Positions 1-13,980 are shown, counted from the stretch's first letter. The stretch: 64,000 nucleotides of DNA from Camelus ferus (GCF_009834535.1 NC_045717.1:24738001-24802000); one strand, 5' to 3'. Numbers and translations: made by a program. The notes: a model not told the origin generated them from the sequence alone.

Positions 1-543
1 GTAAATTTATTCCTAGTAGCCCTAAACTGCAAACAACTCAAGAGCCTGCCAACGGAAGAACAAGCAAGATGTGTTACAATCATACAATAAAATAAAACTT
101 GTTATCTATACATTGACATGGATGAATCTGAAACCCAAAACGCTGAGCCAGAGAAGGCAGATGCAAAGAAGTATGTGCTGCCTGTGTGTTGTGTCACATT
201 CCGGAACAGGCAAAATGAACCTGTGTGACAGAACTCGGAACAATGGTGGCCTTTGGGGCCAGGGTAGGCAAGGACTGTCAGGGAAGGGGCACGTGGAAAC
301 TTAACAGTGACGGGAATGTTCTGTATTTGATGGCACTTGGTTTACTCGGGTACGTTCATTTGCTAAAACTCAAATTACACCCTAAATATCTGGAATTCAC
401 TGTATGTAAATTATACCTCAATGATTAAAAATATAAAACTGCACTGAGAAGTGGTGATCATTATGTAATGCATAAAAATACCAAGTCACTATGTCGTACA
501 CCGGAAACTAATATCAGATTATAGGTCAATCTTACTCAATGTA
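1..543 (+). mobile_element. Older L1M 3' fragments
   Basis: ACATGGATGAATCT..GCTGAG..AGAAGGCAGATGCAAA, CACTGTATGTAAATTATACCTCAA and CTGTACACC-type L1 3' motifs. Confidence 0.7.
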
Positions 544-933
544 TAAGCCAGAAAAAGGAAAAAAAAAATACTGTATGACATATCACTTATATGTGGAATC
601 CAATAAAAAAAAAAAAGACAAAAGAATTTATTTACAAAACAGAAACCGACTCACAGACATAGAAAACAAACTTATGGTTACCAGGGGGAAGGGGGTGGGA
701 AGAGATAAACTGGGAGTTTGAGATTTGTAGATACTGACTGGTATACATAAAATAGATAAACAAGTTTATACTGTGTAGCACAGGGAACTATATTCGATAT
801 CTTGTGGTAGCTTACGGTGAAAAAGAATATGAAAACAGATATAAGTATATTCATGTACGACTGAAGCATTGTGCTGTACACCAGAAACTGACACAACATT
901 GTAAACTGACTATATACTTCAATTAAAAAAAAA
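544..933 (+). mobile_element. Relatively young, 5'-truncated artiodactyl/camelid L1 3' end
   Basis: Typical 3'UTR (CTCACAGACATAGAAAACAAACTTATGGTTACC...CTGTACACCAGAAACTGACACAACATTGTAAA), poly(A), imperfect ~16-bp TSD 528-543 / 934-950. Confidence 0.85.
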
Positions 934-3900
934 AATCTCACTTCAATGTAAAAATAAATTTGATGAAGCAAAAAAACCAAAACACAAATAACACCAATAC
1001 CCCCCCCAACAAAACCCACTACACTGGGCAGTCATGTGACTGGAAGACTGGAAGAGGTGGAGAAGTCTGATAAACACTGACGAGGCCGCGCTGGCAGGAG
1101 GGAAAGGCTCTGCGGAGAAGCCGGAACAGACCCCGGACCACGGCCACCGGCGCCGGTAGACGCGCGCACGCGCAGCAGGACCACGCCTGCCGCCCGACGC
1201 GACTCCAGATGGTTTTTATCAGCAGAAGACTGTTAATGACCTAGGTGCCCACCCGTGTGGTCTGGTCAACATCCACACGGGACCCCACACAAGGGAATAC
1301 TATGCTACCGTGAAAACAGGTGCTCCGATACAGACTCATCCCCAAGATGGTTTTAAGTGAAAAAGGCAGGTGCGGAGCAGGGGTTGCTATTTGTGTAATC
1401 AAAACCCAAAACCGAGGGAGGGGCTCTGTGCAAGAGCTGTCTCTGGGGGTGCGAGAGCTGGCCACATGTCAGCCTTGGAGTGGCCACGAGGTAAGGCGTC
1501 TGCCTTTTTCATACTGCAAACCCGTCAGAAGAGCGATGGCCCGACTGTCCCTGTAACGAGTAGGGGTGTAAATATTTTCGGCTTTGTAAGCCACGTGGCT
1601 TATGCCTCCACGTCCCCACTCTGCCCTGCACCACGCAAGCCGCCAGTGAGAGCTGAGCACAGGCCTGGCGTGGCCAAGACCAGCAGGGAACAGGCCCTGG
1701 TCAGCCCACCCCTACTTCCGAAGTCCAAAGCAGCACAATGGGGAAGCTATTTAAAAAGCAAACACAATTCAAATTTGAAACCAGCTCGGACTGGTTCGTA
1801 CCCCAGCTCTACCCAGCCCTGTACACCTCCATCCCCACCCAAGCCTGGACAGCCTCCACGCACAGGACCCATCTCTCAGGGCTAGGTCTGGAGATGGAGC
1901 CAGTCAGAGGTGGCCACTGACACTGCCACGTTGTTGCCGCCAGTTCCTGCTTGTTGAGGAGGGCTGGTCCCTCCAGAGTCCTGGCTGGGGCCCTGGAAAA
2001 GGGCCGCCTAATTGGAGGGCTGGGTGCAGGGAGGCTACTTGCAGACATGCCCAGACCTGCCCAAAGAGTTGGGGCAATTATTTATGGGGGAGGGGGTCTC
2101 ACATCTGATAGATCCCACCGAGTCCCCTGGAAGGCAGGGGAGGGGGGCGGTCCACCTGGTAATCAGGGAGCTCTGCCAGTAGAAACTGCAAGAAAGGTCA
2201 CTGAAGGACTAGAATCCGGGGTCCCTTTCCGAGAAGGACTCCTACTTCTAGGTGAGGCTGCTGTGGGGGCAGGGGATGCACACTGAATCCAGATTTTCTG
2301 CTGTGCCATCAGCTTGGGACGGCTGTGACTGTTTCCCCAGGGAGCCAAATGGCCAGTGGGAGGTGAGCTGCCACCTCAGCAGGGACACAGCACACCCTAC
2401 ACCACCAGGAGGGGGTGAGGGTCCCCCAAAACCGTGCCTTAGCCGTCCACCGCCAGTGGCGGCCCCACCCTTCGGGCTGTTCAGGGCTGAGATGTGGCGT
2501 CCATCCTCACCATCAGCTCCTGAGGCCAATCCTGCTCACTTCAAATCCCAAATGCATCCAGGGTGGTCCCTTCTCCGCCAGTGCTTATCTGATCAGAATG
2601 CAGACCCGATGCTGGTCTCCTGGCTCCCTCAGCTCAGGACCTTAGGGGGCACTCTGTCCCCAGCCCTGGTGGCCTTGATTCCACGGCAGCCACCTTAGCC
2701 ACCTCCTCATGCTCCTCACCTGCCAAGAACATCTCGCCTAGAAGCCTTTGCACTTGCCATCCCCTCTTCCAGAACGTTCCCCTCCTCAAGTACCTACACA
2801 GTCCTGGTGTTTAAGAAAGTCTACGCAAATGCCCCTGGAATAGAAGTCTTCCCTTGAGTGCCTTTATTTAAAAGCCACAACCTCCACCCCAACCCACCTG
2901 CAACTCCAGCGCTCCCCACCCCCTTCCCTGTTCTGTTTTCTCCAAAACTTTTATCTTCTTAGAGTGAACACAATTTTCCCATGTCTTTGGTTCGTTGTGG
3001 ACGCTGTGCCAAAGGTACCTCTGTTGTCACCCATGCTGCACAGGTGGAGCAGGGCGGAGGAGGTAATCGCCCTCCTAGCCTCCAGCACACTCACCAGGCA
3101 GAGCGCCCCTCAGGACTAAAGGGAGAGCCCCTGTTCCAGGGTGCTCAGGGGAGCTGGAATCCCGGGAGGAGCAAATGGACCAGGGAGACGGGGAACTAGC
3201 TGCCTGCTCGATCTGAGACCCCAACACAGAGCATGACATACGCATTACCACACAGCCTCGCAAACTGCCACTAGCAAATAATATTTAGTGACCTCAGAAG
3301 GTGCGCACGATATACCAGGGGGTAGGAGGTGACACACCAGTAGTCAGGACACACCACACTTCGTAGGTCGCACACACACAGAGAAGGCGGTGGCAAGAAC
3401 TAGCCGAGACCGCCCACAGGGACCGCCCCTGCCCTGGACAACGGGCTTCCTTGGTGTTAACCTGTGATTTCTATGATGAACACATATTTACAAAAATTTA
3501 AATAGGAAGAAAAAGACCTTTTAAGAATTCAATCGGATGGGACTGGTGTCTCTCCCACTGGCCTGAAGTCCTTTAGATGGCAGCCCCCTGGGGCCCCAGG
3601 CCTGGCGTCCAGGCTGAAGCCCCGCCCCAGCAGGTGGTGCTGGTCGGATGTGGGGGGTGTCATGGACAAGGCCAGAAAACAGGTGTCCTGGGCTGAGGAC
3701 AGAGGCCTCGAAAATGTCAGGGAGCAGACGGGTACCACAAACTCCAGTTGGGGGCTCTGGGTTCAAAACCACGCTCCTCCACTCACGGGGCAAGGGACCT
3801 GGGCTCCCGACTTCCTGCTGGTGGGGCCGTGGGAGGAACAAGCACTGAAAGAGAACGTGAGTTCAAAGTCGTTCTCACTGCAGCCCCCAGGTTGCTCCTC

Positions 3901-6900
3901 AGCTCCAAGCCTTTGCTCATTCTGCCCCCACCCCACTCCATCCTGCAGATGCAGTGGGGGAACAAGCCAGTCCCAGGCATTGAATAATGTCAGGCTGGGA
4001 GGAGAGAGTGGTGAGGGAGGGCAAGGAGAAGAGGCAGATGAGCTTCAGATTACGCGATAGGGGAAGAACGACTATGTGGGTGTATAGAGAAGAGTGTGAC
4101 AGACAGGAAGACAGCACATGCAAAGGTCCTGGGGCAGGATCAGGCCTGGAATGCTGGAGGAGACTGAAACAGAGTGAGCAAGGTGGGCGGGCAAGAGGGA
4201 GGTGGTAAGGGCATAGAGGGGACAGAGAAGAAAAACCAGATCATGAGATGGTTTTGAGCAGAGGAGGAACGTAACCAGCCTGCTAGTCTAAAAGCTTCCT
4301 CTGGCTGCTGGGGGGAAAGCATGAAGGCAGGACCACCTCCATGCCCACCTGCAGGCTCCTCACAGATTGTGCTGGATGCTCCCTAAGGCACCTACGGCAG
4401 AGCTGGCAGAGCCCCTCCTGCCACCAACCAGCCCAGTGGGACAGGCCACCTGCCCTGCAGCTGGGACACAGGACATGGGGTGCCACATGACTGTCCAGGT
4501 TCCCAGGGCACTAGATGGACCTGATGCCACGGAGGCACCAGGGGCCTGGTATGAACTACTCCAGGCTATGGGGTGGCGGGCAGGCCACCCTACCTCTGTG
4601 CCTCAAGGATATTCCCTGCCGCAGAAAGGACTCAAGAAAACAAGACCTGGAAAAGCTCAGAAGCCCTCAGGACAGTCCAATTGGCTCCCAATGTTCCCAA
4701 TGGCCTACCCATCTTGCATTTCCTGGCCTCTGCGGCCCATGTCTGGGCTGCTCTCCCTCCCCAAGCCTGCACCACACCATGCTCCAGTCACAATGGCTTC
4801 CATTCACGACCCTCTCTCACCACCCAGCCTCTGCCTAAAAAACACACACACCCCCTAACCTCCTTTGGTCCAGCTTAATTTCTACTCATCCCTCAGATCC
4901 AGATGGGAATGCCACCTCCTCCAGGAAGCCTCCTTGACTGCCACCTCCCCACAAATGTGCAATAAGGGGCTCCTGGTACTGAAATATTACTGGCTCCCTG
5001 GGAACCCTGCCCTCCCTGATTAGAACATTCCTCACCCATCACCCTATCATCACCTCCAGTGCAGCTTCCTGGCAAAATGCACCAGGCCAGGGCTCTATTA
5101 CCTTGCTTGTCATTTGGGCAATACCAACCAAAGGGGCGTCAAGCCTGAATGAGGGACATGTGTGGGCTCTGCAGGACAGAGCGGGCACTAGACCACTGGC
5201 TCTCGATCAGCCACTTCTCTGGGCACTGGAGTACCAGGGACAGCTTACTCTCTCTCTTGGGCCATGGGAGTGGGCCCACCCTGCAAGGCGCTGGCCACGG
5301 GGATGCCAGGAGCCCAGGTTCAGCACCAGGCCAGGTTGTGTTTTCTTCTGTCTGTCCTTGAGTCTCATGACAGTCACCAGTCAAACTCTGGCTGCTGACA
5401 CCCCAAGGGGCCAGGCTTGGGGGACCCTCAGGTCACCAGATATCCAGTGAGCCCCCAGCAGCAGTGTCATAACCCAAGGCTGCATTCTCAGCCCCACCCC
5501 ATCATTGGGCAGTGAGAGCCTCTGGTCCCAGTGTGCCTGGCCGTTGGCCCCTCTCCCAACTGGGAAGGGGAAGACGGCTGGGGTCCCCATCCTGAGAAGA
5601 GGCCTGGGGTCCAGAAGCTTCATGTGGTTCAGAACAGGTGCTTCCCCACAGGGGAGCAAGGCACTGATAGTGCAGGGAGGGGGTGAGAATTGGGAAGATG
5701 GCTGAGCACGTAGCCCCAGACTCCCCTCCTCAGGAGACTGTGTGACCTTGGGCCAGTCTCCTGACCTTTCTGGGCACTGGTCCTCACCCCCTGCTGGAGC
5801 AGATCATCTGTCTCCTAAGGTCCTTCCAGTTCTCGCTCTGTGGTTCTATTATTCCCCTCCCCTCCCCCAACCCGAACATTCCTCTCCTTGTGATTTATGT
5901 CTCCTGTCGGCCTAGCTCAGTCTCCATCCTGGAGCTGGCTGGCGGCTCTTCTGGTGAAACAGGACCAGACTGTTTGGGCCTTGTTTTGGTCGGCAGGTCA
6001 TGACCAGGGGCGAGGGGGAAGGGGAAGCTGGCCAGAACCTCCTGAAGTGGCCCTTGGGCAAAGCCAGCGCTGCAGGGTTCACCACAGGGAGGCACCCAGG
6101 GTGCAGGCTGGGCAGGCAGAACCACTTCTCCTGGAACAGAAGGGGCTGGCCTGCTCTGGGGCCAGCGTCTGTGCTGGATGAGGCCCCTCCCTAGGAAACC
6201 GGGCAGCCGCTGGGAGTCCTCGAGAAAAAAGAGAGTCATGAGAAAAGCGTACACCTTGGGATGGGGCAGGGGAGTGGGTGGGAGCAAAGGCAGGGTGGGG
6301 TCGGCCTCTTTGTTCTGAGCCGCCAGCAGAGTAATTCCCGGTATAGACAGGGGAGCAGACTCTCCCGGAGATCAGGTGACCGGGGTCCCCGGGGGCTCAG
6401 GGCAAAGTGATGCATTGTGGGGCGGAAGGACTGCACGTTCGCCGTGCAGGAAGGAAGCCCACGGTCCAGGCAGGGGAGGGAGGCTGCCGCCCTGAGTTCA
6501 AAGTCACCTCCAGCCCCATCCTCCGCCCAATGCCAAACCCGCCTTGCAGCTCCCCAGTAAAAACCCAGACTCCTTGTTACAAAGATCATGCTGGGAGTCC
6601 TTAGGAGCCTAAATCATCAGCTCGACCTTCAGAACCAGCCAGCCAGCCAGTTCTGAGGCCTCAAAGCCTGTTAGGGGCAGGGTGGGGGAACCGGTCCTTG
6701 CATCTATGAGACACTGTGGGGAGCAGAGGCAGGGGAGGTCATCCGGAGAAACGCAGGGAGGGGACTCTGGGCCTCAGTGCTGCCACGTCACTCCCACAAC
6801 AGGTGCTGCTGAGGCAACCTGCTCCCCACCTGAAGGCTGGCGAGAAATGCCTGCTCAAATCAGAGAAAGCAGAGGAGGGCAGAGCCCCGGGCTGGAGTGT

Positions 6901-8269
6901 AGGCCCTCAGATCCCAGGGCCAGGCCACCACCAGAGCTCTCACTGGCCTCCTGCAGCCTCGTCTGGAACCACAGCCCCTCCGACCCACCCTCACCAAGTC
7001 CAAGGACTATAGGCAGTTGTCCCCCTCCCCTTTCCCAAACCTAGGGCAGGACCGAGAGGGCCAGTGGGCGTGGGGCTGAACTAAAGCCTATGTGCAGAGA
7101 GGGCCCCTGGCCAAGCAAGGCAGTCCGCTGGGTCAGCAGGGTGGGAGGGAGAGAACCGCGCAGCCAGGGGCCCAGCGGCTAGTTGGGTGGAAGGGCCGTG
7201 ACCTCTGCCACGGTGCGCAGGGCTCACCATGATGGGCTGCAGGACCCAGAGGGCCAGCACAGGCTGGGGGCACCCAAGGCCCCAGACAAGGAGTGCAAGA
7301 AGGGAACTTCCACAAGGGTGGGGGCTTTGTCTGCTCCATGCGCTTAGATGCGTGCCGTGTGAATAAACCAGTGAGTGGATGGATGAGGGGGGTTCTCTAG
7401 GAACAAGCAGGGACCTGGTAAAACTGGAGGAGCGACAAGAGCCCCACTGCCTTCCACCCCATCTCCAGCCCTAGAAAATGTGGCTAGTCGGCCTCCCGGC
7501 CTGGAGCTCAAGACAGTATCTGAGGTTGAGTCCAGGCTGACATCCACCCCCAGCTCTGTCATCAGAACTGTCTGGGAGGGGCCGGGGCCCGCCACACAGC
7601 AGGCGCGCAGTCAACGTAAATACGAGGTTCCCTGGCATTACCTCCTCCGGCTGCGACTGCACCCCACCTCCTGGGCGTACACCTAGATGTGCCTTGGCAG
7701 GCTGGCCCACGTTGACAAGCCTGAACCCCCTGACCAATGTCACTCCCGCTGGATGCCCACTAGGAAACAGCCTTCTGCGAGGGGAAGGAGGGAAGGTTGG
7801 ATGGAACGTTCAGCCCCTATGCCACAGGGATTAAGGGCACGGGAGCAAGCCTTTCTTCCAGGTGGCCCAGTGACCCCTGCCTCCTGGTGGTCCAGCCTGG
7901 CATAGCCCCTGCCCATGGTGTACCAGGCTTGGTATCTGTGACCAGTGGAGTGCCGCAGAAGTAAAGGTACAAAGGTATGCCACTTCCAAGCTGAAGTTAT
8001 GAGAGAGAGAGCCTGTGGCCTCCAGCTGGGTCATGCATACACACGTGTGCACACACTTACCTCCTCTCTCTCTCCCTCCACTACAGCAACCCCCAACCCC
8101 ATCACTGGTTCTTGGGGACTCGAGTCACCATGTCATGCTGGGAGGACACCCAAGCAGCCCACAGAGGCCCACATGGTGAGAACTGGGGTCTTCAGCCAAC
8201 AGCTAGCAATCACGTGAGTAAGCGCCCCACCTCCAGCCCCAGTCGAGCCTTCTGATGAGGCAGCTCCTG

Positions 8270-8432
8270 GCCGACAGCTTGACTGTGACCTCCTGAAAGA
8301 CCTGGAGCCAGAACCACCCAGCCAGGCCACTCCTGAGTTCTGATCTTCGGAAACTGAGAGCTAACAGATGTTGGCTGTTTCAAGCTGCTGGGATTTGGGG
8401 TAAATTGTTACACAGCAACAGGTCAATAACAC
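8270..8432. mobile_element. MLT1 (ERVL-MaLR) LTR fragment
   Basis: GAGCCAGAACCACCCAGC..AAGCTGCTGGGATTTGGGGTAAATTGTTACACAGCAA. Confidence 0.65.
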
Positions 8433-8560
8433 AAGGACCCAGAGGTGGCGCCTGTACTTCCTGGGACGGTCAAGCCCCCGCAGCCCCTTGGCTCATGGCA
8501 GGCCTCGGGTACTAGGAGAACTCAGAAGGTGGGGCTCCCCCAGGGGAGGCGATGACTCAC

Positions 8561-11500
8561 CCAGCTCGGTGGGCTTCAGCAACTCATCCAACATGTTAAA
8601 GAAGGGCAGCTTCACCAGGCGCACTTCCGGTTTGAGGGTCTTGGCAGGCAACCGTCCAAGTCCATTTAAGTACTTCCCGTAGAGCACAGGGTAGTCAATG
8701 TTGGGGCCTGTGAGGGGAGTCCTGGGCACTGAGCTGGCCCGGTCGTAGGTCGAGTGCATGGTCAGGGGGTCCAGGGGCCGGTGGGGCTGGGGCACGGGCT
8801 CCGAGCTCTTCTTGGCGTAGCGTGTCTCGTAGAGCTCCTTGATCTTCTTGAACAGCTCGGGGCTACAGTCAAACTGGACCAGCTGGAGGGCCCGGGTGAC
8901 AAGTTCGTGTTTAAGTCCGCTCTTACTCCGACCAACAAAACCCAGGAGCATCTGAAGATCGGAGACTCGGAAACTCATCACCATGTTCTGGGGAAGAGCA
9001 ACCACAGACACATATGCTTAGAGGGAGGTGTCAGAGTGAGGGGCCACCAAGGGGACGCCGGCCTTCTCCGGAGCCACCTGTGCTCTGACTGAGGGTATAG
9101 AGAAGTGAGACCCTGTCAGCAGCTGGCCCCCCAGGAGATGGTGGCTTCAGCCCCAGTTCCACTGGCCTGGGCTTGGTCCCACCTCCACGCCTGAGCTCAG
9201 GCTGCTGGCTCACCCTTCCCTATGATGTCCCCTCCCAGCTCAGTCCTGCTCCCCTCCTCCTCCTCCAACTTTCCTCAGCATCGCCAACGCAGCAGAAGCT
9301 CCTCTGACTGCCCCCTCAACTGCTTCTATTTTGGGTTCTCTTTTCCCATTTTCAACCCTGAAAGCATCTCCAGGGCAGGAACTGGGAATCTTCATTCCTC
9401 ATAAACAGCCTCAGCCACTCCTTAGCCGAGGACACTGAAGGCCTCTCTGACCCTCAGTCTCTTCATCAGGGACAATGACAGGTCCACCTCATCAGGATGC
9501 AGGAAGGACCAAATGAGGTGAAAAGCAGAGTGAGTGCTCAAACAACATCGGTCACAAACATGTTTTCCCTTCAGTGTGGAGGCTGGCAGCCACCACTTGC
9601 TTAGCACCGCTCACCTGCTGGGGACTGAGCTGGGCATGTGATTATATGCTTAATTCTGATCCTTTGAACACCCCGGCCAGGTTGGGTGAGCTTGTCACAG
9701 ACAAGATTCAAACCCAACTCTGAAGCCAGTGGTGGCTCCTCTTTACCATGCTGTCCCAGCACTGACTCAGAGCTGAACACGGCTGAAGCCATCAAAGTGT
9801 CTGCTAGTACCTCCAGCAGGCGTTCCCCTCAGCTCCGCGGATGTCAGGGCTGGATCATCCTCCTTGGGGGGCCGTCCTGGGCACACTGCAGGGTGTGGAG
9901 CCCCACCCACCAGATGGGAGAAGCCCCCCCAAGCCCCACTCGTGATGACCACAAACGTCCCACAGACATTACAAAGTGTCTTCTAGGGGCAGAGTCAATC
10001 CCAACTGAGAACCACAGGGCTCCACCAGCCATAGAGGTTGTTAACTGAGCTGCAGCAAAGTGATGAACGAGGTCTGACACCTGTTACCTGGCAGGGTCCC
10101 GCCAATGAAATCAAACCAAACACATGAGTGCAGTGGATCCCCATGTTTCCTTTGGGACTGCCTGGCAGTGGCCTGCCCTCCAGGAGTTCCAAGACAGGAA
10201 CTCTCCAACGTTCCTTCCCGCTGTCCAGCGCCAGGCTCCGGCTGATGGCCAGGTGGGCTCAAAATGACACGAGACAAATGTGCGGGTCTTCCTTCCACTC
10301 CTGCACAAATGTGGAGTGTCACCAATACCAAGCACCACAAGGGCCTTCTCAAGAGGACTGGTGCCCACTATATAGGTGAGAAAACTGAGGCCCCCAAGAG
10401 GGAAGCAGCTGGCCCCAGGCCTCCCTGCTTGTCAACCACAGGGCAGGCATCTGGACCTGGGACCATCGGGCTCCTAAGGCTGTCTATTTCCACTTGCACC
10501 CATCTGCCTGAGAGACCCTCACTCCCCAGAGCACCACCTGCTTCGGGACCCAAGCAGAGAGACTGAATACTATAAAAACAAAGAGGTTCCATCTCCCTCA
10601 CCCTGACTTCCTACCTTGAGCAGAGAAGAAATGCTTGCAGACAAGATGTTTCTTCTGGAAGAGGCCCAAGGCACTCAAAAGGAGAGGCAATGTCATGTGG
10701 GAGCTGACCGCTGGCCACAGAGCCAAAGGCAAGTGGGCTTGGCCTATTGGAGTCTGACCACCACACATCATCCCACCCCTGCGAGCCCCTGCCCCCATTT
10801 ATCCCTTCCACCAGGTTGGACATCCGGAGCTGCCTCATGCACGCGCACCCCAGCACACACCCCTCAAGCTACCATATGTTCACGACTCAGATTTCTCCGC
10901 AGCTGCCACCACCAAGGGGCCTGCCCTTGACACGGGAGGGGAGGGGCAGCGTGAGCAGGGTGCAAACATTCAGGAAGAAGCCCTGAGCACTTCGCAGATC
11001 ACTTCCTGCCGTGGCTTCATCCTGACCCGCCTGCCCCTCAGATCTGTGTTTATAAACAGCGCCAGGCCCCAACAGCTTCCAGAGTCTCAACTCTGGGTGC
11101 CTTCCGAGCCCTGTGGAGAAACATCAGCCTGGACAGAGCAGCTGCGTGGAACTTAACAGGGGCTCTTCTCTCCAAGAAATAGGAGCTCTGTACAAAACGC
11201 TACACACTGTCTCAGGGAGTTCTCAGACACCCACCCCCAACTCCTCTCAGGGGCCTCAGATTAAAATTCTCAGATTTCCAAGTTTATTAACAAGCCCCCC
11301 TCATTCTACCCTAGGACCAGCCCACTTTGCACCCCAAAAGATAAAATCTCCAGCTCTTTGAGACACTTGGGAAAGTGCCTATAAGAGGGAGACATTTCAA
11401 TGGCATGGAAGGCACCCCACGGTGAGAGTAAGGCATTAAAAAAGAAAGAAGGCTCCATAGGATCGGAGCAAGCTGGGCTGCAGTCCTGATTAGAGAACTT

Positions 11501-13382
11501 GAAAAAAGGGTCAACTTGATTTAATTGGAGTGGGGGGGCCCCAGCCACCAGAGGGTCAAGTAGAGTTCATCAGATCATATTTCAAGGCCCTGGAAAGTAT
11601 AAGAGTTCAGACCCTCATCTCTGGCTGGGGTGGGGGCGACAGACCAGAGCCACAGCCCTACAGCGCCCCAAGGAGGTTAAATTTTAGGGCTCCAAGGGAC
11701 TTCAAGCCCACAGGCTGCCGCCTTGGGCTTGCAGAGTTCAGACTTCCACATCTCTAGGGCAAATCTCAATTTCTCGAAACTCTAGAGAGAGGCAGAAACA
11801 TGTGTGGTGCAGGTAGAGGGGGAGCGCGCTCAGAGGTGAAGGGAGGGTAATACCCTATAATCACAAAACCCTGATGGCTGCATTTTAGATCCCAGTGGGA
11901 AGAGAAGAGAAATTTAAGGAGAGGGAGGAGCGAAAGAAAATAATTACAGGTCAGGACCCTGGGAAGGGGAGACCAGAAGGGGGTGGGGACTGTGCCTGGG
12001 TCCTGGGAAGGTCCTGTCCCCTACCTTCCTGGGATCAGTGGCTTTGAGTAAACTACTCAGGGAAGGAAGGAAGGAGCCTAGTCTAGTTACTCGGGGACAA
12101 GAGCTCTGGAGCCTCACCTCGGGGAGGCACCTGGGAAAAGGAGCATCCCTGGGAGAGGGATGCTCCCAGCTCGGTCCCAAGAGGATTAACTGGAGCCCAA
12201 ACTAGGAGAGGGGGGGGTGACATCTATAGGACGTGGACCCAAGACAGGAACATAGAAGAGAAGCACTAGGAACTATCCTAAAGAAAGAGACATACCCTGC
12301 AATCAGCCAGGAACCTGCAGAAAGAGGGGGGACTCAGATGCCAGAGCTGAGGTACAAAATGGATGTAAAGCAAGACTTCTGGGGGCTGTGTGGGAAGGGC
12401 ATGTGACCTAAGAAGTAGACCACGATGGAGGAGAGTACAAGCGAAGCAGCCAAGGTTTGGAAATGAGGTCTGATCCTTCAAATGTGGACTCCAGAGCCCC
12501 CAGGAGCAGAGTCCAAAGCCTCACAGATGCTGTCTTGAGGGGAAAGAGGGAGGAGGAACACAGAGCCCAAGACCCAAAATTGAGAAGAGAGAGTTAGGAA
12601 GGCCCTGGACACAGGGGCCAGGGCTCCATCCCACGGAGTGGGGCAAGCTGAGTTAATACCGCGCTCACTCCGGGGCGCGGATGGTGTCAGGAGGGGGGCG
12701 GGGCTCTGGGACTAGAGCGGGAGCTGAATATGGGCTCCAAACCCAAGCTTGGGGTACAGACTCCAAAAGACACGCTGTGTCTGGGGGCGGTTCAGGACCC
12801 TAGCTCCTCACCCAGGATTGTGGAAGCGGTAGGACAGTCAGGAGATCCTTGTGAGCAAGGAGTCACCAAACCCAGTCTGGTCTGCTGGGCAAGTAAGCTG
12901 AAACCCAGGTGCCAGCCCACTGTACCAAGGAGGTCGGGGAGACGCAGACACACCCCCAGGCCAAAGAACGCGCGGACTCCAGTTCGGGACGAGCAGCCCA
13001 GCCCGTCATACTGTCCGAGGGGACTGTGCCTCAAGCTGGGAGGCGCGGCCCTATGACCGTGTTTAGGCGGACTCGGACCCCAACCTCTTGGGCTGGAAGA
13101 GGGGAAGCCAACCTCAAGCTCGGGGGCCGACACCCCAGCGCGAAGACTAGGGTGAGGTTTCGGGGGCCCCGCCCCCGGCCTCCTTGAGCCCCGCCCGCAC
13201 CCAGAGCCCCGGGGCCAGAGGCGGGTGAAGGGGCCGGATGCCGAGCCGCCGGCAGGCCGCGCCATGGGGCCCGGAGCGGAAGGCGCAGAGTTCGGCCTGC
13301 CGCCTGGCCGCTGCCCCACCGCCCGTCCCGGCCGGCGCCGCCGCCGCTCACTCACTTTGGCCTCCACCAGCTCCGCCGCCAT
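8561..13382 (-). CDS. PIAS4: E3 SUMO-protein ligase PIAS4 (PIASy), 5' part: coding exon 1 13382-13356 and exon 2 8987-8561; remaining exons lie left of the window
   Basis: Exon 1 MAAELVEAK followed by GTGAGT. Exon 2 (427 nt, CAG acceptor, GTGAGT donor) reads [36 protein letters not shown]...[17 protein letters not shown] (SAP domain, LxxLL motif, start of PINIT). Confidence 0.98.
9840..10018 (-). mobile_element. MER20-like hAT MITE
   Basis: GCTGGATCATCCT..GGGGGCCGTCCTGGGCAC..CAGACATTACAAAGTGTC..TGAGAACCAC. Confidence 0.65.
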
Positions 13383-13980
13383 CTTGGCCACCAGCGTCCC
13401 CCGCGCCGGGAGCCCCCAGCCGTCGCGTCACGTGACCACCCTCCACACGCGGGCGGGGCCGCCGCTGCGGCCAATTAGCACCCGCGCACCCTCCTCCCCG
13501 GGACGCGCGCGAACTCTCACTGCGCAGGCGCGCGCAGCCACCGCCCGGGCCTCGAGCCTATCAGGGAGGCCCGACACAGCCCCTCCCTTTTCGCTAGCGG
13601 CGGCCACGCCCACCCCTGGCCGCCTCTGGCTTCTTAAAGGGGCACGAGCCCCGTACAGGTTGGGGCTGGTGTTGGGTCCTGTCTGGGGAGGGAGGGGACA
13701 GCAGCGGCGACAACAATGCAGCCAGGTTCTGCGGTTCCTGGCGCGACGCGGCCGCCAGGTGTGTGACCGGGCGCCTAGGGGGCTTAGGGGGAGGAGACGG
13801 TTGGCCTGCTCAGCAGTCGCCAGTGCGGGCGGCGATGGATCCTTGCAGCGCAGCGCGGTGCAGCCTTGGTGGACCCGGCGCCCCGCGCGCTGCACATCCG
13901 GGTCCTGGCACGGCAGCGGGGGCGCGGACGTTACACCCCACGGCTGGCCCCCTGCCCGGTTCCCGTGAGCTCGTGCATCC
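13100..13980 (-). promoter_or_regulatory. PIAS4 CpG-island promoter
   Basis: Very CpG-dense. GTCACGTGAC E-box 13427-13436, GC box 13451-13459, CCAAT 13471-13475, YY1-type CAAGATGGCGGC overlapping the ATG. Confidence 0.85.

Noticed and set aside
1-8560. PIAS4 exon 3 (VPQNNEKLQESPC...)
   Set aside because: Not found by eye; intron 2 appears to extend beyond the window.
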